A stretch of 49,718 nucleotides of DNA, filler included, from Bipalium vagum (Eukaryota): assembly GCA_037834085.1 (NCBI GenBank). It is 3 parts of 3 records of this genome, joined end to end, with 100 filler letters (N's around TTAATTAATTAA, not from the genome) between each part and the next. Parts side by side here need not be neighbours in the genome. Positions count along the whole stretch, not along the records: positions 33,534 to 49,718 come from JBBMKC010116808.1; 2 more parts are not named here. One strand, 5' to 3'. The translations under genes and the position numbers were made by a program. Shown one piece after another: positions 34,900-46,970 of the stretch. Below the pieces are notes generated by a model, which had not been told where the DNA came from, made no database searches, and worked only from the letters and a program-made list of their open reading frames with translations. Positions within the stretch are counted from its first letter, which is position 1, and every line of letters starts with the position of its first letter.

Positions 34900-35280
34900 A
34901 AGCACACTCGTACTTTAGAAATGGTTGACAAATGATATTCAGCAGGCGACTTGGTCTTGATAAAAGGTGTTGAAAGAGGAATCCATATTGAAATTATTTA
35001 TATTTCTTGATCACTCAACGGTCACCATTATCTTTTTTTCTGAAGTGATGTACGTTCAGGAAAAATGTTATTGTTATGTAGATGGGATAACAAAATTTGA
35101 AATTGGCGATTATTTGGTTTACGTTTCAATCATATGGCATCTATTTTCTTTAGTATTTTCATTTTCCAATTGTTTTTATAAGTCTTACCATATCTGGGGG
35201 GGGGTCAATATTAAAATATTCTTCTCCACGTTAGTTGTTTTAGCGCGAGTTGGCTTTGATTATTTGTTTCAATTTATTGT
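34900..35280 (-). mobile_element. Internally deleted mariner remnant
   Basis: KLKQIIKANSR, LQKKIMVTV and a degenerate HPPYSPDLSPADYHL-like end. Confidence 0.6.
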
Positions 35281-36149
35281 TATCAATAACCAATAATTAG
35301 TCGGTTACCGTGTTTCTCATCTCCCAAACTTCCAACTTTCCTACTGAACTTAACTGACAACGAAATTACTGTATGTTCTTTAGTGGTACCTACAAAAAAT
35401 GCATCAATCATTTTACAAATCTGTTACAGCTGATTTTGTGCACAATTTAAACTCGAACAAAAATCAGCCATTTTTACTTTTCGATAGTCTTGATCTTTAT
35501 AGTTAAAATTTACCGAAAATTTTAAGGTTAATCAAATTGAAACAATATACGTGATGAAAGTTTCAAATTGATTTAATATTCAATTTTATCAATTAATATA
35601 TATTTTCAATAAAATATATTTTAATGATTTGTATTGGAATTATGACATCAGTTTTTTTAATCAATCTGTTTGATTCAGATATCCACATTCTTGTATAAGC
35701 AACATTTAAATAGTTATGTTAATAATTCATGAATTATAAGAAATACTTTATCACATTTAACGATACGATTGGAATAAGAAAACCCTAATATTTCATCCGG
35801 CTGTCGTATTTATAAATTTATACGATATTGGATCAATATTATAAAAAGCAAGGAAGACAAAAATTTCTTAATGTTCTAAGTTTGATCTCTTTGACTTTCT
35901 GCAATTCTATCGAGTTACCGGACAAAAGTAACAAGAGCTCACCTTAATTACAGTAAGAAGTATGAAAATTTTATAAACGAAAAAATAAATTGAAGACACG
36001 CATGAATAAACTTAGGTACACCGAGATTGTTCATTGTTGATTAACACCAATTGACTTCATTTATATTCATTTATGTATTTTGAGTATGAATTATACCTGG
36101 ATATCGGAATTATTTTTTACACTTTGTTGGCTTAGACTGGTGATTATGA

Positions 36150-37040
36150 AATGTTTTTTAAAATAATTTTAGCTGTCCAAGATAGATGAGAAAAAGGTTT
36201 TATGAAATCTTTTTTTCAAGATAAAGTCCATTATAATGGATACACCTATGTCAGAGCTTCATCAATGCTTATATTCCAGATTTAAAGAAATCTTAGTTTT
36301 TGGGATCAAAGAATTGTCGAGATGCATTGTTGAAAATCTTCTTGATTATTAAAAGCTTGAGGAAATTGAGCTAGATGCTCGAATAGGTGGAAATTAATTT
36401 GGACTAAGTCGGCCAATATGGTGAATGAAAAACACGTTCTTAATTTCTATTGAACGTTTTCTGAAAAGTTTTCACTGAGACATGAAATCTAGAGTTATTC
36501 ATGTCTGTTACTTAATGAAGATCACTGTTTTTTAACCTTTACACAATTATTTTCTATGTAATTTCAGTAAATATCCGAATTTATTGTTTCATCAGTTGGC
36601 AAGTAAAAATAATCAATAAAACCTCGAAATCTCACCAAACTGATAAGAGCTTCTTTTAATGGATAAAGGTCCTAGAACAGTTTTGTCGATTCACTTTGAT
36701 AAGATCTTTTTCGATTGTCATAGGACATCTCATTATTCGTCAGCCGTAATTATTCTGTCAAAAATGGGACCTATTTTGTTCTTTTTCAGATGACCTAAGT
36801 ATGCTTCCAAACGATTCAATATATTTTTTCAGTCAGCTCCTGAGATATCAATTTTTCCAACTTTCTAACTTTACCAATTGCATAAAAATGGAACAAAGTT
36901 TTTGCACCGCGAACATGCAGTTCCATTCCAATTTCGCGTGATTTTGGCTAGGTTCTTGATCAGTTAAATCTTTTGAACTTTTGTTGTCAAGAACTGTTCT
37001 AGATTTACGTCTTGGTTCATTTTGGTCCATACATTTCCTT
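36150..37040 (-). mobile_element. mariner transposase pseudogene, most of the ORF
   Basis: NEPRRKSRTVLDNKSSKDLTDQEP (second HTH), ELTEK..LNRLEA...GPIFDRIITADE, ETINSDIY, HSPYW...NFHLF. Many stops. Confidence 0.85.
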
Positions 37041-39446
37041 GTTAATGTTATTTATTTATTTTATGAATGATGTCATTCATTTATAAAACCGTCTTAAAAA
37101 ATGAAATACAAAACGAAATTTCTTAGGCACCGACCTGATAAAATAAAACATCAATATTATCAGATATTTACGCACCATTATTTTGAAATTTTTAATAAAA
37201 CAAATGTAAAATTGAAATTTTTTATGCAATTATTTTTAATTTTTGGCTCCGAGTTAAAATAGAAAAAATTGATTTTCCATTAAAACCGGAAATAAATATT
37301 TTAAAAAATCGAACTGATAATTGAGATTAATTATAATTATCAATATTTGAAAAATATATTTTTAATTTTGGAATGATTTTTTTGTAATTATTTTTCGATA
37401 AGAACAATTTTAAGATGTCTCTTAATAAAAAAATTTTTAAAAAGATCTGATTCGGAAATTGTTTAGATTATAATTATTATTTTAAATTAATAAACAGACA
37501 GTAGTACAGGGTAATTTGATTACAGTTTGACATTAGTATCTTTGCGCAGAAGCAATATGGTGAAATAAATACTATTATTCATTTGACGATATGTTATTGT
37601 TGATTACATATGTAATGTTAATATCAATTGGTATGTAGTCAGAATTAGAAGACATTTTTTGAATATATTTATTAAGTGATATAACAAATAATATTTAAAC
37701 AAGTTTTCTCAGACCGAAAAATTTCTTTTTTTTATTAAATTTTAAAAATAATTTATATATTTTTAAAATTTCATTCCTACTTTTTAAATATTTTAAAATA
37801 ATTAAAAAAAATAGTTAAAATAATTAAAAAATTCCCCAGATCTGATTAGCCTCCTCATATGTAATTTTAACTCGACTTAAATAGTGTAAGAAGTTGGTTG
37901 TATTAGATTACCAGCCAACAAATGGCGAAAGTAACCGAAAGGCAGCTGGTGTGTAATTAACAAACCCGTTGAAGACTACTAAAGAAGAAACACAAAGAAG
38001 ATAATGCATAATACAAATTTTCCTCGAAAGATGTGCTTTTCATAAATAAATTTTTTGATAGTTAAAACAATAAGAGTTAGTGACCAATTTTATTAAATAA
38101 CAATAAATTATTTAATTGGCATAATAATTATTTTATTTAATTTTGTGTACAGTTTTATTATTATTCTTAATATTAAAGGTTTTTTGTCATTGGTAATTAT
38201 GGTTAAATATTGAAAATAAATCTTTTTTATATTACCCTTTCAACCATTTATTATTTGTTTTAATAAAGTGATATTGAGGCACGGAAATTGTTACTCAACA
38301 ACAATGTTTAATAAATTTGGTGATTCCTTAATTATTTAATTTAAATTAGAATTTAATTTTTATCCAAATTTTCTTCGGAATTTGACATCCAAGATTTATA
38401 ACGTGTAATATATAATTTTTTTATAATTATATATAAATAATTGTTTTATTACTATATATAATTTTATTATTAAATAAATCAAAACTGATTAAAAACCTTT
38501 TATTTTAATTCTGGGTATTAAGGAAATGAACCATGTTTTTATCCACCAAAAAAGTCATAAGAATCGTGTCCGTGACCATGAATTGTGGGATTTTTGTTTG
38601 GTTGATGATTCGAAGAATGCAAATATATATTTTTGCTGTTGGTAAATAATATAAGATTAGTCATATTATTACCCATTGAGATGGACGTTGTTCAGCGCGA
38701 TTCAACTTTAATGTGTGCTGAAACAAGAGCTTACTCTTAATTGTCTAAAGACCTAAAATATGCAAATGCGACTGTGAAGATCGTCGCAATGAAAGGCTTA
38801 TATGATACGGTTCTGCAATCATACATTTATGAATGGATGTGGAAAATTAATGCTTAAAGGAAGAATCCATAAGTTATTTTGGTATATAAAAAATTCATTT
38901 ATTACTTGTTTTAAATAAATCTCTTTTTAAATAAAAAAAATATTATTAAAAAATGTTTTGATGTCCTGGTTATGTTCCTATTTTTACAAGCAATTTTTAT
39001 AGTTTTTTTATCTAATTGATCAAAATGAACATGATCCAAGATAATATATCAATTTTAAATAAAAAAAGATTACTGTATTTTGATTGGTTTACCGTTATTA
39101 TAACCCTTGCGTAGAGTCAGTTATGAAGAAAATAGAGGAACACAATATCTTTTTTAGCACGACCATTACAAGAGTAATAAAATTCTGTTAACGTTTTGTA
39201 CACATCCATCTATTTTATTCCAAAATATGTTTATCTTAACTTTAGCCTATTTAACTTTAGGTATTTTATTGATTTCTTAAACCATTTATAATAACCCAAG
39301 CGTGTTTTTATGCAATTCTTCTTTCAATCAAATGTATTATTGAACAAAATAAGTGTTACATGCAAAAAAAGTTTCATGAAAGAATATTTTATTATAAAAA
39401 ATCAAAGTCACATCTTAACAGTCTTGTTAACAATTCTTCTTTACAG

Positions 39447-39577
39447 TCCATATCCAAACAGTTCACACAGAAAAGAACATTATTCTTCAGATTCGACAAT
39501 CTCAGAGTTAACGAAGAAGATCAGACGGAAGAACAACAAAATTTTCGGAGCATCATCAAAACGTCATAACCACCAAG
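39447..39577 (+). CDS. possible par-3 linker exon
   Basis: ttctttacag acceptor and gtagga donor; PYPNSSHRKEHYSSDSTISELTKKIRRKNNKIFGASSKRHNHQ; phase 1 matches the 43897 exon. No recognisable domain. Confidence 0.5.
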
Positions 39578-42500
39578 GTAGGAAATATTCTTGGTAAAAT
39601 AATTCATGAAATAATAAATTACGATTAATTAAAACAAATTATATTCAGTAAAACAAATAAAAATAAACAGAAATAATAAAAATGAATAAATAAAACATGA
39701 TAATGATTAATGTTAACAATTTTGTGATGGGTTGTTACTCTTTTTCTTTTGTCAGAGCTGTGGAAGTTGATTAAAGTTTTTGTAGAAATCAAATGTAATT
39801 AGAAAGGAGATTAAAAGATAATTAATGTAGATCAGAAACAGATCAGAAGCAACGCTATCTGTAATATATTTATTAGATGATCCGTTTGTTCATTACTTGT
39901 GACGTTAAAGAGTCGTTAAAAATTGTCATAAAAGTAACTTTTTTATTAGGAATATAAATAAAAATTTCACAATATTTTTGGGACTCTTCTAAAAAAATTC
40001 TTCACTTTTTAAATAAATAATAAGAGGTAACATAAATTATAAAATTGGAATAATAAAATATAAACAAATAATACTCATTTGGAACAATATCTAGGGTGAT
40101 GCAAAAGTTCGTGCTTAAAAATCTTTTAAAGAAATTTTACATTCCAAATAAATCTGTTATCGTTATTTTCAAAAATTCATAGCTACATTTGATCCTTTGA
40201 CCAGATAATGCTAGCAGATCGGTGGCGTAAAATTATTGAAGCTGGTGGACTTTATTTTGAAGAGCAGTCGGATTGTTGTAAATAATTAAATATATAATTT
40301 TGAGAACGGACTTTTCCATCACCCTAGTCTTTGTAATTTAAGTATTAGATTGTTCAGGATGTTTTGCACGTTTTTGTAAATTCATTTTAAAACACCACAA
40401 GTCAACCGAAATAAAAGGTTTATTGATTTATCTGTGGCATTTATTTCGAGTCAATCGATATCTTATTTACATGTTAAGTTAAAAAAATGTAGAAACCAAC
40501 CAAAATCCCTTGTTAATATTCCAATTTGCCTTAATTCGAAGAACACTTTGTTTGGAAATCTTAGACATTTGTACATTTCCTCAAGTTATTTCTTAAAACA
40601 TACTATGTTCTATTTGGAGAAATAATTGGAATGTTGTTACACCAACTTTTTTCATTTTAATATTTCCTCTTTTTACATATACACAAAGAGTGTACCCCAC
40701 AAATATTTGGATTACCACCTTTATTATGAAATTTATATTTAGTCCTGGAAAGGCTGCTTTGTAACTGTGAAAAATATCTTGAATTATGGACAGGGTATGT
40801 AATACTTATTACTAATAAGTAAGTATCAAAAATAGGATTTGTGAAATTCTGTGAGCGTTTTATTGTTTAAACGAGTCAATATACATGTTATCTCTTAAGG
40901 AACTTTTAAGAAATTTAAAACAGAGGCACTTTACCCAAGAACAAGGTCAACAATAATTTTTCAACAGTACGCAGCACCTACTCATTACTCGCTTGTTAGA
41001 GATGTTTTGACCAGCACATTTTATTGAAGGTAAATTGAGAGAGCAGGCCCATTCCACTAAGCTACGAGATTATTAGATCTTTCCTAAATAGATTTCTTTC
41101 TTTGAGGATATTTAAGAACAAAGGTTTATACAGGAAAATCAAATAACTCAAATGATCTGACAGATGTAATCGAACAAGGTTTGGCTAAAATCTTACCGAA
41201 ATATCTAAAATTGTTATGGCTTCTTTTTCATCTACGATTAAAACATTGCATTAGTGGTAATGGATCTTCTGTAGGAAAGAATTTATTTTTGATAAATGTA
41301 CTTAATTGTATCCAATTTTGCAGCGTATCTTTAAGAAGGCTACAATTTATTATATGATACTTCGTTTAAAATGCCCTGCATATTAGGAAAATAAAAGCAG
41401 AGAAATTAATTTTAATTTTACTGAGGACGATACGTGTCAATCAAAAAATAATTTCTTTTATTATTATTTTTCATTGCAACCAGTATTAGGATACGGTCAT
41501 CTATTGATCACGCAACAAGCACAAACTTGCTCCATAAATTTTTGGAAGTTAAAAGTTTGAAATGTTCTGAATTTTAATAATATTTGATTGGAATATTAAA
41601 ATTTTCCTTTCCAAGAAATTTTTCGTTAACCTAAAGCTGAAAAAGACCTCAAATCCACGACAAGTATCCGGATCCGAAACCCACTTCTGTAGTAATTAAT
41701 CGGGAAAATTGTAAAGGCAAACAAATTTTCGGTATTATGTTTAATTAAATATTTATATTTCACTGTTCCAAACGAAAAATGTTTTACAAGAAAAGTTTTG
41801 TTTATTCAGTTCCAAAAATTAAGCATCGAAAATTTGTTTAAATTTGTTTTATTTCTTTTAATAATTATCTTTGGAGAAGTAAAGAGAAGTTGTTCATTTC
41901 TGTGAGTTTTAAATGTTTTATTTAGTAAAACAAAAAGTGTTATTAAAAATGTATAAAATGTGTTTACAGACTATTGCAGAACTTTCTTTTTTCAAAATTT
42001 AAAAATGAGATCAGAAAAAATTGTATCAATGAAAAGGTGTGCTCATTTTAACTTGGAAGACTAACTTTAGCGCGGTTTTGTAGTAATATTTCGAGGTTTT
42101 CGTTTTTTTGGGTATTTATTGTTAATTTATGAAGCCCAAAATTTGGATTTTGAAAGTTACATAAGTCCGAATCCCAGCTCATAGGAAACAATATCGATTG
42201 TTTATTTTTATGAATTTGAAAAAAATTGAAATTTTTATTCATTGAAAGTTAATTAGGTTTTTTTTTCACAAAAAGACACTTATCTTTATTTCTTTGATTT
42301 TCATATCCTTTTCAGAGACAATTTTCTCTTTTTCACAGAATATTTATCAAATCGAATTTTATAATGATTATTTCATAAATTTCACTTCACAGTAAAAATT
42401 GAATTAAATTCTGTGCACCTTTTTTATATTAAGAAATTTAAATTGGATTTTTATTAAAAAAAATTTTACCATAGCAATTGTAACAATCTTAAATTCGTCG

Positions 42501-45500
42501 GTAAATTTTTTAAAATGTGATATTGGAGAAAAATAAAGCAAAATCATTTTATCTCTTTATAACTTAAAGTATAAATAAAATTGGATAAAATAAATATTAG
42601 GAGTATGAAAAGAAACGGGGGTTTTTTTGAAAGTACCATTTTAATAGTACTTATTTGATATTAAATTAGTTACTTAAAAATAAAATTAGGTTTAATTATT
42701 GGGTGGATTAAAATCGATTATTTGTTTGAATAATATTGTTGCTGGATACAATTTGTAATATCAAAATATCAGGTAAGGCACAATTTACCACATGAATTTG
42801 ACCAAGAGTATAGCGCAAGAGTTGCTCATGTATGGATAAAGGAAAATTATGGGAAGAATAAATTGGGTGAGACCCAAGGTATGATTCAATAGATTCAGAA
42901 ATGGGGATAGAAGCCTGCTAAATTCCCCGAAAGTGTTTTACAGATCATGGTAAAACACGAATAATAAATGTTATATAGTACGAACATAGTATAAAAGTTA
43001 AGATACCTCTTTAACTTTCACAAAAGTGAACTTACATTCAACAAATGGTATACATTTTGTAAGGAATCCGGGTATTCTTTCATTATGATAATCCATTAAA
43101 TCCAATTAATTATGAAATCTGAGAAGTAAGTTAAAATAAAAAATCGTCTAGGATTAGAAAGAGACATTGTACTTTACAAGGAAGTACTGAAGACTCATCT
43201 TATTTTCTTATTATTCAGATTATACTTTATGGTTTGTACCTTCTAACTATTATTAAAAAGTTTCTACTTTGAGCATTTCTTTACGCACAGACCTTCTATG
43301 AAATCAAGACTATGCAATTCACAGAGGCAGAAGAAAGTTATCCAACAAACTTAAATATTATCTCCATTATTTAAAAAAAAATTCCTTAATCAGAGTGTAC
43401 ACAAGAAAACACACGCTTAAACATAATTTTAGATTGTCCATTGATTTCTATTTCCTCCTTTTAGTGAATTTATCTCAGGTTTTATCCTATTGATTAATAA
43501 TGACTCATCTTTTCCTCGTCATTTTCATAATTACAGAAAAATCGTTCAAGTTCCCTTGTGTCCTTTCTTTTCTTTTTTGATCACAAAGTGTGATCCAATA
43601 ATTTGCTTTGACAATGGGAACTAATTCGAGTTTTGAGGGGACGTTTTGTGTTGACCACTTTTAGGAATTTGAAATTTGTAAGCAAACAGAAATATTAAAT
43701 GATTAGAGTTAGCTAATTATTGCAGTTCTTTTTTTTTACTGATATGTTCAGATAAAAATTGTTGATCATAACTTATGAGAATTGTTTTCAGAACTCAGCA
43801 CATTTCAACATTGTTTTTCTCATCAATGAGTGGAAAGCCTTTTATTAAACTTCCGTTTCATTTTCAAAAAAAATTGATTCGATTTACCTTTTTCAGATAA
43901 CAGGGGCTTCTCCAAATCCGCACCTTCTTCTCCATCGAAGTCAACTTATCGTTTTCGTTCTCCACAAAATTATTTGGTAATTTTAATGTTTAACATTTTT
44001 TTAGTGAAGATTTATTATTATTTTATTATTATTAATAAAATATTATTTCAGTTGAAATATTTCAAATGGATAACAAAATATTAAATTACAGACATGGGTA
44101 ATTATTTTGTCACTGGTGAGGTTTTAAATATTTTATATGGAAGAGCGAAATTATATATCTTGTATGGAGAAGATAAGATGGTGGAAAGCCAATGTTGTTT
44201 CACTTAGACTACCAAGATTTAACTGAGATATTTCAATCTTTATTTGTGTCACAGAAAGTCAATCGAAGTTGTTAAATGAAAAGTCGTTACTTCTTTAAAG
44301 AAAACATTCATTTAACAAGTCCTGAAATAGATGGATATGTCAAATCTCATTGGAAAACGTGGTTTGGTTGTAATGCTTAATATATATGGATTTCATGTAT
44401 TCCGAATGAAAAGGATCTTATTCATTGTGAGTGCATCCATGATTTGAAACCGAAATGGGAAGAAATTAGTAATTCCCCTTCAAGGCATATATCATAGTAA
44501 AAGGTTTGAATAGGTTTGATAATATCGTTAAGGAATGCTGGTATCCTTAATGCCATAAACAAATTGAATTGAAATTGTGAAATATTAAAAGGGATCAATA
44601 CATCAGAATGATAACGCCCGCCATACTCACTTAACCTGTCTTCATTTAATCATCATGTATTGTGGACCTCCGAAATTTCCAATCGATTTGGCTGAGAATG
44701 CTCAGACCTTCTTGCACATTATCTTTTATGTTAATGGAATTTTGACATTAATTCATAGACCTCAGATGATGAATAAAAAGGCGTAACCAATGGACAAATC
44801 TTTTATCCAACATTTTTTTTCTCTTGATTTTTACTTGAAAACCGAAGAAAACAATTTATCAAAAAACCCTCATTATAATTGTGATTATTACCACTAATAA
44901 TTTCCACTGAAAAAATTAATAGTGAGGAGAAGTTGCGCTTAGTTCTTTTAAGCTAGTACCGAAATGATAAAGTTACTCCACTTAATGGCTCCTGCAAAGG
45001 TCTCCGTAAATTATGTATGTGAATAAGTGTGATACTTGATCGGTGATGCGTTCAGCGTTTTCAATGTATTTATTTGCTTCATTTGAATGTCACTGCTAAT
45101 TATCGCTGTCTCGATTACATTCACAAGGTTGGCATTCGTTGATGTAGAATTAATGGCAACATTGGAATCGGTTCACCAGTTCCCAGCAATGGAACTTTTG
45201 ATCTGCTTTTATTTTAAAATAATTATTAAGAAATATAATAATAAATAATAATAGTAATATTAATCATAATAATTTTAATAATAATAGTAGTAATAATTAT
45301 AGAAATAATAATAATAATAATATATATTGATTAATGATAGTTATCATGTTATGATGAAATTAAAATATAATTCGATATTGGAGAATTGATAATAAAAAAG
45401 TAATATAAGTAAAAGTAATGGTGTCTGTATCATTATATTCATTATTTCAATTTTTATTGCTAAAGTTGATTTCATTTTATGTTGAGCTTTCTCTTTTAGT

Positions 45501-45838
45501 CAACGATGAATACACACAACGTTCGAAAAATTGGCAAAAAACTCACTTTATCAATCTACAAAAAGCCAAATATAGGTCTTGGATTTACCATTGTTACAAG
45601 AGACAATCAAGTCATGTACGGGTCTGGAGCGGACATTGTCAACTCAGTTGTGATTCTGGTCAATAAAATTCTTAAAAATGGTGGTGCAGCGGACGATGGG
45701 CGCCTGCAACCAGGAGATCGAATATTGGAAGTCAATTCAATACCCGTCACTAGCTTGAAGGATACCACTGATAAATTGCGAGCCATACCGGAAGATACTT
45801 CTGTAACGTTGCTAATATCCAGAGTTGAAAATAACGAG
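39447..45838 (+). CDS. par-3: Par-3/Bazooka-like polarity protein, partial spliced gene (internal exons only)
   Basis: Exons 39447-39577, 43897-43976 and 45500-45838 are phase-compatible (1, then 0). The last encodes a PDZ domain with the Par-3 PDZ2 signature. The 5' and 3' exons were not found. Confidence 0.75.
40092..40326 (+). mobile_element. Non-autonomous mariner deletion derivative (MITE-like) with terminal inverted repeats
   Basis: Left end TAGGGTGATGCAAAAGTTCGT; right end reverse complement TAGGGTGATGGAAAAGTCCGT (19/21 identical); TA at both ends; interior LADRWRKIIEAGGLYFEE is a mariner C-terminus. Confidence 0.88.
40860..41381 (+). mobile_element. Tc1/mariner superfamily remnant, rosa/DD41D-like
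   Basis: IIFQQYAAPTHYSLVRDVLTSTF..R*IERAGPFH*ATRLLDLS*IDFFL*GYLRTKVY, like FQQDGAPPHY...RWIGR.GP..WP.RSPDLTP.DFFLWGYLK.KVY; about 40 residues between the second and third catalytic positions. Confidence 0.85.
42760..43200 (+). mobile_element. mariner N-terminal remnant
   Basis: VAHVWIKENYGKNKLGETQ and *FNRFRNGDRSL resemble the first HTH of mariner. Confidence 0.7.
43897..43976 (+). CDS. par-3: probable par-3 linker exon
   Basis: Strong cctttttcag acceptor and gtaatt donor; (D)NRGFSKSAPSSPSKSTYRFRSPQNYL; phase 0 joins the PDZ exon. Confidence 0.65.
44080..44740 (+). mobile_element. Highly decayed Tc1/mariner-type remnant
   Basis: QNDNARH and HSLNLSSFNHHVLW-like segments; frames broken. Confidence 0.4.
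45500..45838 (+). CDS. par-3: par-3 exon: PDZ2 domain
   Basis: ttttag acceptor and gtatgg donor; NVRKIGKKLTLSIYKKPNIGLGFTIVTRD...KILKNGGAADDGRLQPGDRILEVN...VTLLISR, comparable to Par-3 PDZ2 (NTKKIGK...GLGF.I..RD...GAA..DGRL..GDR..EVN). Confidence 0.9.
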
Positions 45839-46089
45839 GTATGGGCCCTTATTTTAAGTGTTTTTATGAAAGGTTCTTTATTTTCATTTATCAAAATAAA
45901 TAATTCAATATTTAAAATGTGGGAACACGTTGAACAGCGATCATTAAAATAATTATTAGGTCTACAAGTTGAAAAGGTGCCTATTTTTAATTTGATTACA
46001 AATCAAAAGATTGATACTTATTTCAGATTTAACTAAAATTATACTAAGTATTAATATCCATCATCCTCGATGCACATGAACGATCTTTC

Positions 46090-46970
46090 AGGTAGCGAAT
46101 TCAATAGTAGCGATAAAATAGATTACGATTTTGGATAAATATAATTGAAGATTGAGTTTTGAACATCATCAAACATTTTGAGCTGCAAATCAATCAGGTA
46201 GAAACCTGAATAATAATAATGCTGGTTAAATAATAATCTGGTGACGCCATGTCAGCTGAGTAAGCCGCATTTGAAAGAAATTCCCAATTTAGAGAGGAAA
46301 GGTGTGGTATTTGACATATATAATCAGGCATTGCTATGCAGAAGAGTAGCATGGGTTTTCCAAATACAATTAGATAGTCCATTTTTTCAATCATGTGACA
46401 TATATGCTTATCAAACGTTACTGTCTCACGTGGTTTTAACAACTCATAGTAAACAAATCACAAGCAGGCTCGCCAAAATGCACTATACAAATTGGGAAAG
46501 GTGGATATTGCACTACACACATACGTAAGACGGTTCACCTGAAGCAGTCAAAGATTTTTTTTTTCGTTTTGGTTTTTGTAATAAGCCCATTTTCCGTGTC
46601 AGGTAACGATTTTGTAAGTAAGGCTATGAGAAGTAAGATTATGAGGTACTCAACTGAAAACCTTTTGAATCATTCCTAGCTGTTTGAGTCGACAGGATAT
46701 TGTCTGCGGTGTAATTTCAAGGTGCCTTATGAACTCCACTTGCGTCCTACATGTATTTTCATCCAACAGATTCTCAAGAACTTCATCTAAAGTTTTTCAG
46801 ATTTCTTCTTTTGAATCGGCTAAATCATTTTAATATTCATTTTTTGCCTTCACCTAAAGCAGAAATAACTATATCTCTAAATTCATATGTACTCTTCTTC
46901 AACTGGGAGATAAAAAATAAATAATGCACTATATGCATTTTTAGGATTTTATTTGAATATTCGCCATTTG
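46090..46970 (-). mobile_element. mariner pseudogene resembling the mauritiana (Mos1) subfamily
   Basis: LENLLDENTCRTQVEFIRHLEITPQTISCRLKQLGMIQKV, MLKPRETV, LNWEFLSNAAYSADMASPDYYL. Confidence 0.88.

Noticed and set aside
34649-35296. Hydrophobic small ORFs resembling membrane peptides (also 31297-31506, 11179-11424)
   Set aside because: F/L/I/Y richness is expected from AT-rich non-coding DNA, and some overlap mariner remnants.
36848-37030. Candidate host exon with good splice-like sites
   Set aside because: It continues through a frameshift into ELTEK...IITADE and is part of a mariner pseudogene.
41630-41735. Additional par-3 exon
   Set aside because: No acceptor, frame and donor combination is convincing, and the flanking exons already join in phase.
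1887-45838. A functional neuro-developmental cluster of unc-5, tbx2/3 and par-3
   Set aside because: The three genes sit on separate pieces joined by artificial spacers, so linkage cannot be claimed.
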